Source: a virus (Duplodnaviria; Heunggongvirae; Uroviricota; Caudoviricetes). From it: a stretch of DNA of 64,000 bases. Below are positions 10,883 through 21,057 of the stretch, in pieces. Where the stretch lies: positions 344,350 through 408,349 of the IMG/VR virus record IMGVR_UViG_3300000976_000008; one strand, 5' to 3'. A model generated the notes under the pieces. The model was not told the origin of the DNA. It did no database searches and worked only from the letters and a program-made list of their open reading frames with translations. The translations under genes and the position numbers were made by a program. Numbering within the stretch: the stretch's first letter is position 1; each line of letters opens with the position of its first letter.

Positions 10883-11280
10883 GAATTATAGTTGAAGACA
10901 TCGCTCAGTTTCTTACTGAAGATCCTGATATCTTCTTGGAGATGGACGCTCCAATTGATTCACCCATCGATGGCCCACCTAAAATGCCGGAGCCTGCCGA
11001 TGCATTATCTAACGCAGATATAGAGAAATCTGCGGATGAGATGGCTGGATCTACGAAACCAACGGATACTAGGGGCATTGCTGACGATCTAGAGACTTCC
11101 CAAGAACTCGAAGATACTCTTCGCCAGCAACAACGAGATGAATTGGCTCCTCAGTTGGATCAAGCGGATGAGTTGTCTCAAGGACTTGGTGATTCTTTAG
11201 CACAAGTGCAGCAACAAACCAATCCACTCAATACCCAACTGAACGCTCTACAGAGCCTCTTACGTGGTTTGGGGACTTAG
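10879..11280 (+). CDS. Hypothetical acidic coiled-coil protein (putative internal head protein)
   Basis: Likely TTG start overlapping the previous stop (TTGA), giving MRIIVEDIAQFLTED. Confidence 0.6.
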   Translation: MRIIVEDIAQFLTEDPDIFLEMDAPIDSPIDGPPKMPEPADALSNADIEKSADEMAGSTKPTDTRGIADDLETSQELEDTLRQQQRDELAPQLDQADELSQGLGDSLAQVQQQTNPLNTQLNALQSLLRGLGT

Positions 11281-11508
11281 TCTAATTCTATAGACTTGAT
11301 GCTTGTCAATAAATAATTGTAGTCCGTCACACGTATCGCCGACGTTCATAATTATTTCTCTACCACAACCGAATACTTCTGTCATTTGAATAACAGTCGG
11401 TTGCCCATACCTCTTGACGAAATTCCTTATATCTCGTTCAAGTTCTGACCATCTCCCAGCTTCTTGAAGCTGCTTCTTCAGTTCATCGTCGATCATAGCA
11501 TCATCCAA
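11260..11508 (-). CDS. Hypothetical protein
   Basis: ORF overlapping the sigma gene stop. Confidence 0.55.
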   Translation of the reverse strand: MDDAMIDDELKKQLQEAGRWSELERDIRNFVKRYGQPTVIQMTEVFGCGREIIMNVGDTCDGLQLFIDKHQVYRIRLSPQTT

Positions 11509-12373
11509 TCGGTTCTTTGAGTACCTTCTCGAAGCCGACTAAGGTTTCGAGAATATTGGTGGAAGTCGCCCCACCTTTTCCGGACAAATTCCTTTTTGCT
11601 TTCTTCTTCGCTTCAAATTCAATTTGGCGTATCCGTTCCCTGGATACGCCGAAATCATTTCCTATTTGTTCTAATGTTTCTCCATCAAATCGACGTTGCA
11701 AAATTTCCGATGATCTCTCATTGAGACCAAACCAAGCAATTCTCTTCATCTCGTCAAAAAGTAAATTCGCACCATGATCTTGGTGATATCCCTTTTCAGG
11801 AATCCATACTTTATTATTCCTACCTGTCATAAATAATGACTTAGAAGTACACTTGATCGCGTGCAATGTCGAGATTGGGATATCTAAATCTTCAGCCCAT
11901 TCCTTCTCAGTAGGGGGCCTACTATATTCATGGGAGATCTTAGCATACGATCGCCGTGCTTTCTCTTGAAGAAGAGAAATCGAAACAGATCCGAATTCGT
12001 TATCTGTTTCGAGGCAATACCTACGCATTCTTCTCTTAATGGCAACATAAGAATATGTCGAAAACTTATAGCCATAAGAGGAATCGTAATAAGCGATAGC
12101 AGACATTAGTCCAAGGAATCCTTCTTGGAGGCAGTCTTCAGAATCATTTCGTCGCTTGCAGAAATTATACCTTGTCCAGATATGGACAACTAACCCTACA
12201 TGTCTTTTGACGAGTTCATTCCTGATCCTATACCAATCATTGGTTGGGGTCTTGTCTTCGGTTTCATCCGCAGGTTCTTCTAGGGACATGAACTCAAAAA
12301 GCTCAATATCATCCCATCCAAGATACCGGGGGGATGGTCGAAGAAAATCAAAATTGCTCAGTATAGAATCCAT
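11501..12373 (-). CDS. Sigma-70 family RNA polymerase sigma factor
   Basis: Region 2 (EDCLQEGFLGLMSAIAYYDSSYGYKFSTYS), region 3 (RPPTEKEWAEDLDIP) and region 4 (ETLEQIGNDFGVSRERIRQIE). Confidence 0.93.
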   Translation of the reverse strand: MDSILSNFDFLRPSPRYLGWDDIELFEFMSLEEPADETEDKTPTNDWYRIRNELVKRHVGLVVHIWTRYNFCKRRNDSEDCLQEGFLGLMSAIAYYDSSYGYKFSTYSYVAIKRRMRRYCLETDNEFGSVSISLLQEKARRSYAKISHEYSRPPTEKEWAEDLDIPISTLHAIKCTSKSLFMTGRNNKVWIPEKGYHQDHGANLLFDEMKRIAWFGLNERSSEILQRRFDGETLEQIGNDFGVSRERIRQIEFEAKKKAKRNLSGKGGATSTNILETLVGFEKVLKEPIG

Positions 12374-12391
12374 TCACGTCTTTCTACATTT

Positions 12392-12640
12392 CTAAGTCCA
12401 TCTTAGAGAACGCAGAACCTTGCTCAATAGATCATCGGGATCATCGCAATCAATTTTCACCATCTTATCAGACCTTCTGAAACAGATCTGGACATGTCGA
12501 TTATGATCAGAGATTTTTCCAACAATAGTTGCGGAGGCAATTGCTCTGCATCTAATGCCGGAATATACTTTCCCGTCGACTTCAATAATTAGAAATCTAC
12601 GGAAACCCCTGCGAACGACCTTGGCAGAACTTGCAATCAT
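12392..12640 (-). CDS. Hypothetical protein
   Basis: ORF in a - strand operon. Confidence 0.55.
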   Translation of the reverse strand: MIASSAKVVRRGFRRFLIIEVDGKVYSGIRCRAIASATIVGKISDHNRHVQICFRRSDKMVKIDCDDPDDLLSKVLRSLRWT

Positions 12641-12816
12641 TTTTGTTCCTTTTCACCACCAAATACTTTATTTTTAGTTTGTTGGTTGGTGATTAACCAT
12701 ACAAGGTCTTTGAGTGGCTTACCCTCCCCTATTCCTAAAAGTATGGTACCCGTCGCCCATGCATTGAATTCGCGAAAATCCATGTCGATTGCGAGTTTGG
12801 TAGTAGGATCGCTCAT
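12637..12816 (-). CDS. Small hypothetical protein (59 aa, MSDPTTKLAIDMDFREFNAW...), not in the ORF track
   Basis: AGGAGA SD before ATG 12816; its stop overlaps the next start (ATGA). Confidence 0.65.
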   Translation of the reverse strand: MSDPTTKLAIDMDFREFNAWATGTILLGIGEGKPLKDLVWLITNQQTKNKVFGGEKEQK

Positions 12817-12867
12817 ACATATCTCCTAGATTCTTCTTTGGCTTCCCTCGGCCTTGAAGATGGAGAC

Positions 12868-13461
12868 TTAAGGGTTGCCGGGCAATTTGGCAAGAAGCTC
12901 TTCAAGGTCATTCTTGACGCCTTTGAGGTCAAATTCCCCCAATGGGCTAGTGACGATCTCAGGTGCCGGGCCATCATGATTGAAAGTACGAAGGGCACCA
13001 TAAATATCCTCAATTACCTGGTGGGCATGCATTCGACCACCAGCGAGACGCATGAATTGGATAGTAATTCCAAACATCGCCATAGGATGCAGATCAGCCA
13101 TAGGACCATGCACACGACCCTGCTCTTGAGCCTGCTTGATTGTTGCTTCGATGTTGTAAACGGCTTGACCAGTGCCATCCAACTTATCGAGAACATCGCG
13201 GATATCATTACGATCGTCAGTCACTCCATCTTTGGGGAATCCGGGTGGTTTTCCCACAGGTGGATTTGGTGGCTGATTTGCTGGTGGATTTCCAGCAAAT
13301 ACAATATCCAACCCCTTATTCTTGATGCGTGTCACTTGAGCATTCAAGATTCCATCACTCAAACCGAGTTCTTGCTTGATAGAATCTCTGGATTTACCAG
13401 AGGTAGCAAGATCCCAGATTGATCGTTGAGCCGGGCTTAAAGATGATGCTATAGAATTCAT
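12868..13461 (-). CDS. LuxR-type HTH N-terminal domain protein
   Basis: LSPAQRSIWDLATSGKSRDSIKQELGLSDGILNAQVTRIKNK. Confidence 0.65.
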   Translation of the reverse strand: MNSIASSLSPAQRSIWDLATSGKSRDSIKQELGLSDGILNAQVTRIKNKGLDIVFAGNPPANQPPNPPVGKPPGFPKDGVTDDRNDIRDVLDKLDGTGQAVYNIEATIKQAQEQGRVHGPMADLHPMAMFGITIQFMRLAGGRMHAHQVIEDIYGALRTFNHDGPAPEIVTSPLGEFDLKGVKNDLEELLAKLPGNP

Positions 13462-13503
13462 TGGTTCACCGTGTTTGTTAGATCGATTATTAGGATCGAT
13501 TGA

Positions 13504-14667
13504 TTATTTTGAGTCTGTTTCAGCCTTCACTTCTTCAACTGCTTCCTTAATGAAGTGGCCTTTGAAGCTATCGAATTCGTCACAAGATCCTTCGAGATCA
13601 TATTCGCCGTTGAGCATGCTCCCGACCCAAGCTTGCAATTTGCGAGCATTGTAAGTGGTCAAGTTGTGTGTTGACATTTCGGTTGCGAAATTCATCATGT
13701 CATAGACACGACATTGAACCGGCAACGCAGTCTGTCGCTTGTCACTGAGGACATTTGGATCACGCTGGTAAAGTTCGAATGGATTTCCGGTCATTCCCTC
13801 ATATTGCTTCATGAGGATTTGGCCAGCGGAAGCATTTCCCCCACCGAGTTTCTGGTTAAGCTTCTTATCACCTTGGACACCAAGAAGCAATTTGTAAAGT
13901 TGTTGTTGTTCCCGGAGACTCGCCCAAGATTTTGCACCAGATTCGAATCGTTCACGAAGAACAGCATACCCCTCATCGTTGTTGAACGAATCAAGAGTAC
14001 GGCCAAGGGTGAAATCGATATTGTCACCGCCAGCACCAAGAGCCAAGGTAGTTCTGAAACTTCTGGCGTAACCAACCATACCGTTAGAACAGATCTGACG
14101 AAGCAAAGAGAGGTAGACATTTGGTTGGCCGAAGCCATCGATCGGCGTATGCATCTCGAATTGGTTCTGGAACGTATCTCCGGCCAACTCGAATTTCGAT
14201 TTCCCAATTCGCGGTTGGTGCGTCGAAGTCACAACTCCATCGGCATATTTAATGCCCTCTTGGACATTGAATTTGTGCAGAAGTTCCATCAGATCGTCGT
14301 AAACAACCACTGGTTTGTTCAAACCAGTTGCAGCAAGCAGTTTCTTATCACCTGTTGATTTTCGCTCGATGCAAATTCGCACCATACCAGTAGGATCGAC
14401 TTCCGCAACCCGTTGGAAAACTTCTTCGTACTCGAAGAATTTGAAGAAAGCTTTGTTGAGACCAAATCTGGAATAAAGAGATGTCCAGAATCGTCCCGTT
14501 GGCTTGATCGATTCGCCGTCGATCACAATTCCACGCACTTTGCCGCCGTGGACGATGTAATCGGAACCTTGAGCAACTCCGCGAGCTTCTTTCGCATCCA
14601 CTGAGACCAGGTCGAGTTCGATCTTCCCAATGGGGACATTCTTGTATTCAAAAGTTGTATCAGACAT
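13504..14667 (-). CDS. DUF932-like protein
   Basis: DGFG...LLRQICSNGMV motif resembles DUF932. Confidence 0.6.
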   Translation of the reverse strand: MSDTTFEYKNVPIGKIELDLVSVDAKEARGVAQGSDYIVHGGKVRGIVIDGESIKPTGRFWTSLYSRFGLNKAFFKFFEYEEVFQRVAEVDPTGMVRICIERKSTGDKKLLAATGLNKPVVVYDDLMELLHKFNVQEGIKYADGVVTSTHQPRIGKSKFELAGDTFQNQFEMHTPIDGFGQPNVYLSLLRQICSNGMVGYARSFRTTLALGAGGDNIDFTLGRTLDSFNNDEGYAVLRERFESGAKSWASLREQQQLYKLLLGVQGDKKLNQKLGGGNASAGQILMKQYEGMTGNPFELYQRDPNVLSDKRQTALPVQCRVYDMMNFATEMSTHNLTTYNARKLQAWVGSMLNGEYDLEGSCDEFDSFKGHFIKEAVEEVKAETDSK

Positions 14668-14809
14668 CTGTTCACTTTCTCTGGGAGGTTGTTCTTGATT
14701 ATATGTTGCAAGCTTGAAATGTTCGTTAAATCAAGCCTATATCCCCGGTATTATCTACCATCCCGGATACTTCTAATGACTATCAAATACATCAAGTCAA
14801 CCATTGAGA

Positions 14810-15187
14810 TTACACTTTTACAGCTTTGCCAGTCGTAGAGTCGAGGATATATCTAGATTCATCCTTGATTGAGAAGAATTTTGGCCGCAGATCATACTTA
14901 TCAAGCCATCCAGACATAAGCATTTGTACAGCATTGTCTAACTCGTCTCTTTGTTTCCTGGTAGAATTATCCCAAGAATCAGCGTGGTCTCCACAATATT
15001 CATCTTGAGTGGAGACTAATTCTAGCCAATCATCGATATCCCAATAAGCTTCTGGTTGAGTAGGTGGCACACATTCACCAACCCAGAAAGAGGAATAACC
15101 CTCTTCTTCACCTTTGGAAATGGCCTCATCTATAGTATGGAATGAGCCAAAGTATTTAGTAGCGTCTTCAGAAATGGCAAATGGCAT
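14810..15187 (-). CDS. Hypothetical phage protein
   Basis: Acidic ORF with GAGG SD. Confidence 0.6.
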   Translation of the reverse strand: MPFAISEDATKYFGSFHTIDEAISKGEEEGYSSFWVGECVPPTQPEAYWDIDDWLELVSTQDEYCGDHADSWDNSTRKQRDELDNAVQMLMSGWLDKYDLRPKFFSIKDESRYILDSTTGKAVKV

Positions 15188-15239
15188 TGATTTCCCTCGT
15201 TTTGCTCTATTAATACGTCAAGCAAAACGAATGTTAATC

Positions 15240-16997
15240 TTAACCCTGCCAAGTAGATCCATTGAAGAACATCAAACGAGTTCCATTGAACCAGAAATCA
15301 CCAAATTGAGGATTTCTACCCATTAAAGCTCTCATCCGAGGTAGGATCTCATCATCATAAAATGTTGAAGAATTCCCGACACTGGTCGAGTCAACCACAA
15401 GTTTAATCATCTTATGACCCAAAGCACCAGAGTATCCAAATCGATCAATCGAAGCATTTGGAGAAATCCCAATAACTGCTTCCAAATCGATCTGATTACC
15501 CAGACCTTGGTCAGCTTCAGTAACATATCTATTATTGAAACCTGGATTAATTGGCGTGTCTAGCCTAGATGTGCTACCCAGCAAAGCGTGAGATTGACCA
15601 ACAGTAGGAGTATACTTAGGAACTCTACTCAAACCAAAAGAACTAATCCGTGTCGAAGAAATACTGAAAGGAGTATCAGCAGGATCTTCAGCGATCGTAT
15701 CAAATTCAGCAAAGAAATCTGCCACAGCACTAGTATTCTTATCCCATAGGGTCGATAAAACAACGTGGCCGCGACCAAAATGTTGTTCGAAATCAGAAGC
15801 GTCACTACCAGTTTGGAGCAACAAATTCTCAGTTGGGACAATATCAACAATTTCTCCAGATGTGTAACTCAAAAGGAGATCTAAAGTAGCAAATTCAACA
15901 GGAACAGTGGATGGGGCACCCCCTGAACTTGAATCAGTAATATTGTAAGTCGCAAAATGCAACCTCAATTGAGTCGAACTGGTACCAATTCTTTCGACTC
16001 TTGAAACAAATACTGGGTAGTACAAGCCGCTCGAATCACCCGTAGGTTGATCACCAGCAGGAGCAGTCATATTGAATTCTCTGAACAATGCCGGAGGAAT
16101 CACAATATTGTCAGAAGAAGTTCTATTTGCATCAGCACAGAATGGGTAGTTGACAGATGTCAACCAAGATTGAATATCACTATCCAATTGAGGAATAGCA
16201 ACCCATGAACTATCAGTCAGAAGACCAGTACCATGAGAGAAAACAACCGAAGCATAATCATCAGTAACTGCTGGACCACCCGCTACTGTGTCCGCAATTT
16301 CGTAAAGTGCTGGATTATCGTAAAATCCATCACTATTTGCATCTGATAGATCACTAGGCGGCTCTACAACGTCTAGAAAATCTCGAACACTATCCAAAGT
16401 CGTGTCAAGAGTTCGAAATGTGATGAAGCCAGAAACTGTTTCCGATTCACCAGAAGAAATTACTGTTGATTCTTCAGGCGAAGTAGCTACAACCAATCTT
16501 GAAGGTTGATAGGTTAAATCACTATCAATTTCGTAATCGGCGGTAAAGATTGCGACTTCCGTGGTAGAATTTTCAATGTTCGCCGTGAAAGTAAGTCGAA
16601 GCCAGCCATCATAACCAGCAGTTGGATCATTAAAGCCAGCAATTCTACGAATTTTGGCAAGTCTAAGATTTTCCCATCTTTTCGGGAGAGCTGCCTGCAT
16701 ATCCCAAATCCATTTGAGAGGCACATCGGCTACTCCAGTCCCAGAGGTAACTTGTGGCTGAATAAGATATGGATACATTGCAGCATGGCCAAGGCTCAAT
16801 TGCACCCCATCGAGTGCTTTGGCCAATACTAATTGCCGTACTACTATGTCTGCCATTGGGCGGTTCAGTGTTTCAAAGAACACTGGGTCCGTCATCACAA
16901 GCCATCTGATATTGAGAGTTGTATCTCCTCCTACAAAACTGGAGAATATACTCCCAGGTGCTTTAGAAGGAATGCTTGATGGTGATATAGTAGGGAT
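15240..16997 (-). CDS. Virion structural (baseplate/tail-associated) protein, probable non-canonical ATC start
   Basis: The frame is open 33 codons upstream of the called GTG (16898) to ATC at 16997, with GGAGG 8 nt upstream. LNRP...RQL motif resembles tail/baseplate protein N-termini. Confidence 0.7.
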   Translation of the reverse strand: MPTISPSSIPSKAPGSIFSSFVGGDTTLNIRWLVMTDPVFFETLNRPMADIVVRQLVLAKALDGVQLSLGHAAMYPYLIQPQVTSGTGVADVPLKWIWDMQAALPKRWENLRLAKIRRIAGFNDPTAGYDGWLRLTFTANIENSTTEVAIFTADYEIDSDLTYQPSRLVVATSPEESTVISSGESETVSGFITFRTLDTTLDSVRDFLDVVEPPSDLSDANSDGFYDNPALYEIADTVAGGPAVTDDYASVVFSHGTGLLTDSSWVAIPQLDSDIQSWLTSVNYPFCADANRTSSDNIVIPPALFREFNMTAPAGDQPTGDSSGLYYPVFVSRVERIGTSSTQLRLHFATYNITDSSSGGAPSTVPVEFATLDLLLSYTSGEIVDIVPTENLLLQTGSDASDFEQHFGRGHVVLSTLWDKNTSAVADFFAEFDTIAEDPADTPFSISSTRISSFGLSRVPKYTPTVGQSHALLGSTSRLDTPINPGFNNRYVTEADQGLGNQIDLEAVIGISPNASIDRFGYSGALGHKMIKLVVDSTSVGNSSTFYDDEILPRMRALMGRNPQFGDFWFNGTRLMFFNGSTWQG

Positions 16998-17091
16998 GAG
17001 TCAATCCTCCGAAGCTTACAATCTATTCTACATGTTTAATTTTGCTTATATACCATTTTCCCAATTGGTGGGTAACTGATGCGGAAAGTAT

Positions 17092-17481
17092 TTGACAGAA
17101 ATGGCCATCAATGCTAGAAAGCAGGAATTTGTATTTTCACATGATCCTGAATCATATGAAATATTTCTGAAGAAGCATTTCACACGGTATAAACCAACTT
17201 ACTACTCAGTAGTATCTAAGGAAACAGTCGATACTGAAGATGGGGAGATGTACAGGCTAGAGATAGTCAAAACTATTGAAGACCCCAGCTATGAGATAAT
17301 TGCTGAATGCAGAATCAATAACCAGATGGTATATCTCTGGAATGATCATTGTTGGACATTGGCAACAGCAAATGGAAAGCTTTTGATATCTAAAACGGTA
17401 TCGATACCACATGTAGGTTCCAAAAAACCACTATCCGCGAAAATCGTCATTTATAGAGTAGGAATCGATAAAGTCGAATGA
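17092..17481 (+). CDS. Hypothetical protein
   Basis: ORF coupled to clpS. Confidence 0.55.
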   Translation: MTEMAINARKQEFVFSHDPESYEIFLKKHFTRYKPTYYSVVSKETVDTEDGEMYRLEIVKTIEDPSYEIIAECRINNQMVYLWNDHCWTLATANGKLLISKTVSIPHVGSKKPLSAKIVIYRVGIDKVE

Positions 17482-17807
17482 GCACAATAACTCTCGAACC
17501 ACCTGAAGCAGTAACAGAGAAGCCCAAGAATAAAACTCAAAAGCCTTGGGCCGTCATTATTTCCGACGATGACGAGCATACATATCAGTACGTCATAGAA
17601 GTGCTGAGGAAGGTATTTGGTTACGACGAAACCAAAAGCTTCAAGTATGCAGAAGAGATCGACACCAAAGGAAGAGCTATCGTCTGGTCCGGCACACGAG
17701 AAGTGGCAGAGCTAAAGAGGGACCAGGTTAAAGGTGGAGGAAAAGACTTCTACGCTGGCAAGCCAGTAGAATACCCACTGGCTTGCCACATCGAAGAGAT
17801 GCCTTAG
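17478..17807 (+). CDS. clpS: ATP-dependent Clp protease adaptor ClpS
   Basis: WAVIISDDDEHTYQYVIEVLRKVFG...AEEIDTKGRAIV...AELK matches the ClpS core. Confidence 0.9.
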   Translation: MSTITLEPPEAVTEKPKNKTQKPWAVIISDDDEHTYQYVIEVLRKVFGYDETKSFKYAEEIDTKGRAIVWSGTREVAELKRDQVKGGGKDFYAGKPVEYPLACHIEEMP

Positions 17808-18769
17808 AGCAGATCGAAGTCCTGAATTCCCTTGCCGTTCAATGTCACTTGGCTCAAGTTGGTGATATCGTTAATCACTACCTGGTGACCACCTGGCTTC
17901 ACTGGCGGAAGTGGCTTAGGGTCTACTGGTGGTGGTGTCGGGTTAGCTTTCGGCGGACCGTAGAGTCGTTGGATTCTGGTCACATCGTCCGTATAAACCG
18001 GTTTCGGAACGCCTGGTGAGTAGAACGGAGCCATCAAGGCTCGGTTCTGTCTCGAATGGTCAAGACCAAGAAGGTGACCAAATTCGTGACACGCAACGTT
18101 CAAGAACAACGTTCCACGATTTCGTGAGTCAGCAACCCAAGTCTCATCGAGGTCAAACCTCGTTAACAACTGGCCTCTAAAGTTCGGATTTGGTGGCAAG
18201 AATGCCCAAGCCAAAGTTCCCGAAGGTCCATCAAAGTTGTCTGCTCTACCTTGACCAGTAGAGATTATGAAATTCGCACTACTCTTGCTAGTGGTTCTTC
18301 TAATATCTAAACCACAATGCACTTCCCATTGCTGGAATGCAAGATCGATCAGATCATCCATATCTGATTTAGGGATTGCACTTCTAACGTACTTTTCAAC
18401 ATAGTACGTAAGATTCATTATCCCCCATTTGTTAGCATTACTCGCCTTCTCAGGAGTAGATGCCAACATAAAGTCTGGGCCACCCTTAGAGTTAGGTTTC
18501 TCTTTTGTGACCAACATGAAGTCGGGACAGCCGCATCGTGGCGTCAGCATCGCTCTTCTTGTTCGACCATCCAACTTACCGTTAGCTGTTAATCCAAAAC
18601 TCTTTTGGAATTTCTTAGTATGAGTCTCGATATCTTTCTTAGAAAGAACCTTCTTCTTGTTAGGTTCGTAGTAGTAATGTAGATAATTCAGTGCGAACTT
18701 TGCGTCAGCATGAACAAGACCCATCGAATCAGCGATTGATCGTACTAATTTTGGTGTGATACCAGCCAT
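17804..18769 (-). CDS. Matrixin (M10A) zinc metalloprotease with PG-binding-like prodomain and cysteine switch
   Basis: FQKSFGLTANGKLD, PRCGCPD, FDGPSGTLAWAF, HEFGHLLGLDH and the Met-turn ALMAP. Confidence 0.93.
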   Translation of the reverse strand: MAGITPKLVRSIADSMGLVHADAKFALNYLHYYYEPNKKKVLSKKDIETHTKKFQKSFGLTANGKLDGRTRRAMLTPRCGCPDFMLVTKEKPNSKGGPDFMLASTPEKASNANKWGIMNLTYYVEKYVRSAIPKSDMDDLIDLAFQQWEVHCGLDIRRTTSKSSANFIISTGQGRADNFDGPSGTLAWAFLPPNPNFRGQLLTRFDLDETWVADSRNRGTLFLNVACHEFGHLLGLDHSRQNRALMAPFYSPGVPKPVYTDDVTRIQRLYGPPKANPTPPPVDPKPLPPVKPGGHQVVINDITNLSQVTLNGKGIQDFDLL

Positions 18770-18797
18770 TTTTGGATTCTCCTTTAAGATCTACTTC

Positions 18798-19097
18798 ATG
18801 TTTGACGACACATTACCTGTTCTAAATTGTGATAATTGTGGTGTATGTTGCAGCGAAATAGGTGTGCCTCCATTCGTACGCCATGAAATATTCGATCTAC
18901 CAGAAGAATTAAGAAATGAAGTATTCGCTTACGAGGAGAGCGAACCAAATAGAGAAAATAGCAAGAAACCATGCTATTGGTGGGATTCCACCACTAAGAA
19001 ATGTACTCAATATGAAAACAGACCACAAACCTGCCAAGATTTCGAGCCAGGATGTGTCTCATGCCTATCTTATAGAGATTACCACAATATAGATTAG
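18798..19097 (+). CDS. YkgJ-family (CxxCxxCC) cysteine-cluster protein
   Basis: CDNCGVCC...PCYW...CTQYENRPQTCQDF. Confidence 0.85.
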   Translation: MFDDTLPVLNCDNCGVCCSEIGVPPFVRHEIFDLPEELRNEVFAYEESEPNRENSKKPCYWWDSTTKKCTQYENRPQTCQDFEPGCVSCLSYRDYHNID

Positions 19098-19666
19098 CGA
19101 TGATGTGGGTGGGAATTATGTCCATTCCCAAGATTTACAAATCCATTTGGTTCGACTGTCAAAGAATAGTCGATCATACCATTATAAGTTCTCTGTTGCT
19201 GGATATTCATAATTCTTTGATATCCAGCATCTTTAATTTGAGCAGGAGCACCCGAATACTGAGGCATATTCTGTTTGAAAGAGAATCTTTTGAACAAATC
19301 AGCTTTCGATGGTGATGGAGGAATAGGAATCGCTGATGTGACTAGTTGCCATTGCTGTTGAAATGCTGCGTTATTCGCAAGTTGTATAGCTTGTTGGTCT
19401 CTACGAGCTTGCAGAGCAGCTTGCGTACTCTGAGGAGTCAACCTGAGACTTCTAAACTTCACTTCAGTCTTCTTATTGAAGTATACAATCGGTTCTGTTT
19501 GTTGAATGTATACTGGAGGCTGTGGTATAGCGTTGTGGACCATCACAGATGGTTGATGGACGACATTCTGAATCACTCGTCTAGGCTGAGAATTAACAAA
19601 GCTTCTATACTTGTCAGATGCGTATAGCGAAGAAGAGCAGGCAAGCAGAACAATTAGGTATCTCAT
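19094..19666 (-). CDS. Signal-peptide-bearing Gln-rich hypothetical protein
   Basis: MRYLIVLLACSSSLYA N-terminus. Confidence 0.6.
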   Translation of the reverse strand: MRYLIVLLACSSSLYASDKYRSFVNSQPRRVIQNVVHQPSVMVHNAIPQPPVYIQQTEPIVYFNKKTEVKFRSLRLTPQSTQAALQARRDQQAIQLANNAAFQQQWQLVTSAIPIPPSPSKADLFKRFSFKQNMPQYSGAPAQIKDAGYQRIMNIQQQRTYNGMIDYSLTVEPNGFVNLGNGHNSHPHHR

Positions 19667-19681
19667 AATTTCACAATCTGA

Positions 19682-20725
19682 TTAATTAAAGATGATACGC
19701 CATCTGCAAACAATTTCGAAATCCTCTGATTTCTTCACAGGAGATTTTAGAATTCTATGACTGAAAATCCTAAACCCGTCTCTGAGGACACCAATATCAC
19801 CAGTCAATGGGTTATTATCGATATCAACAGGAGTTCGATCCAAAGTAATATCTCGACCACCTAAAGCTTTATTGATGACGAGATAATAAGGATTTAGCTG
19901 GTTTATGATATTATCAGCTTCAACCGTAGATCCTGGTGCAACAATCTTGATCTGATCACCTTCCTTGATATGATCAATATCTGTTTCAGAAGGATCTAAT
20001 GAAATTGTCGCGGTACCTGAAGAATTCGCAAGGAATGAAGTAACCCCAGAGCCAGTTAAGAAGATATCTCTCGGATCACATTCACAAGCACCAACTGAAT
20101 TGACTTCTCTAGCTGCAACCAAGGCAACCTCAGTTATTGTGAAGAAGTCACTTGCCGTGACACCTAGACCATTATACTCTTCTTTACGCAGAGTCGTCTC
20201 AAGCACTAGAACATTATTAAGTGCTCGAACATCATGAGATAATAGAGGAGTACCAGCAGGTTGGTATGACGGCTCAAAAAAGACTCTTTCGATTCTTTTC
20301 AAAGGTCTCGATGGTTCAGAAATAGGAATAGGATTAATTAATCCACCATCATATTCTGCACCAGCACCTAGCGTAATTGGTATGAAGCCACCAACAACAG
20401 TATCTTCAGTATAGAACCTGGCGTCAGCAGTGTTTAGAGGCGTACCTTCATCATCGAAAGAAGCACCGAACATAATGTACTTCGGAGAAAATTCTTCGAT
20501 ATCGATATTATGTGTAACCCAATCGCCAACACCACTACCAGCATTTGGGTCCCATAATTTAGAGTGCATCATCCTATGGGATAGAATCTCTTTAGCTTCA
20601 ATCTTGATGATATTAGGTTGAACTATACGGTTCAACGTCCTACCGTGGCGATCTCGAACGATAAATTCTATTTCACCTTGGTATTCCTTATAATTTTTCA
20701 TATCAGAAACGCTGAACTCACTCAT
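19682..20725 (-). CDS. Baseplate / tail-collar-like structural protein
   Basis: GEIEFIVRD...NII, EYNG...ITEVAL and FSHRILKSPVKKSEDFEIVCRWRIIF are typical of myophage baseplate-collar proteins. Confidence 0.7.
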   Translation of the reverse strand: MSEFSVSDMKNYKEYQGEIEFIVRDRHGRTLNRIVQPNIIKIEAKEILSHRMMHSKLWDPNAGSGVGDWVTHNIDIEEFSPKYIMFGASFDDEGTPLNTADARFYTEDTVVGGFIPITLGAGAEYDGGLINPIPISEPSRPLKRIERVFFEPSYQPAGTPLLSHDVRALNNVLVLETTLRKEEYNGLGVTASDFFTITEVALVAAREVNSVGACECDPRDIFLTGSGVTSFLANSSGTATISLDPSETDIDHIKEGDQIKIVAPGSTVEADNIINQLNPYYLVINKALGGRDITLDRTPVDIDNNPLTGDIGVLRDGFRIFSHRILKSPVKKSEDFEIVCRWRIIFN

Positions 20726-21057
20726 CTGACTTCACTTTCTATTAGATGGACCTCATAGCCATCTTTCCGTTTCTGTATATCATCTACAATAAATGATCCA
20801 CATGACATCGGTAGACTGATGGAATTTGTATCCAGAGATTTGACTAGAATTACTCGTATCCCATCTTCATCAGGTTCGATATCTTTAGCGTCGTCGATCT
20901 GTTTGCGAAGCATGTCGAATGTTGCAAATTGAATAGAACTAGGCTCTACCGGCATTGGTGCTGGTGGAGCCACTTGCTCTTTTACAGCTACTGGGATGGA
21001 CTTGGTTTCTAATCCACTAGCCTTAAGAGCACTATTCAATCGATCTTGCAATCTCAT
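20722..21057 (-). CDS. Hypothetical protein
   Basis: Coupled ORF in a structural operon. Confidence 0.6.
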   Translation of the reverse strand: MRLQDRLNSALKASGLETKSIPVAVKEQVAPPAPMPVEPSSIQFATFDMLRKQIDDAKDIEPDEDGIRVILVKSLDTNSISLPMSCGSFIVDDIQKRKDGYEVHLIESEVR

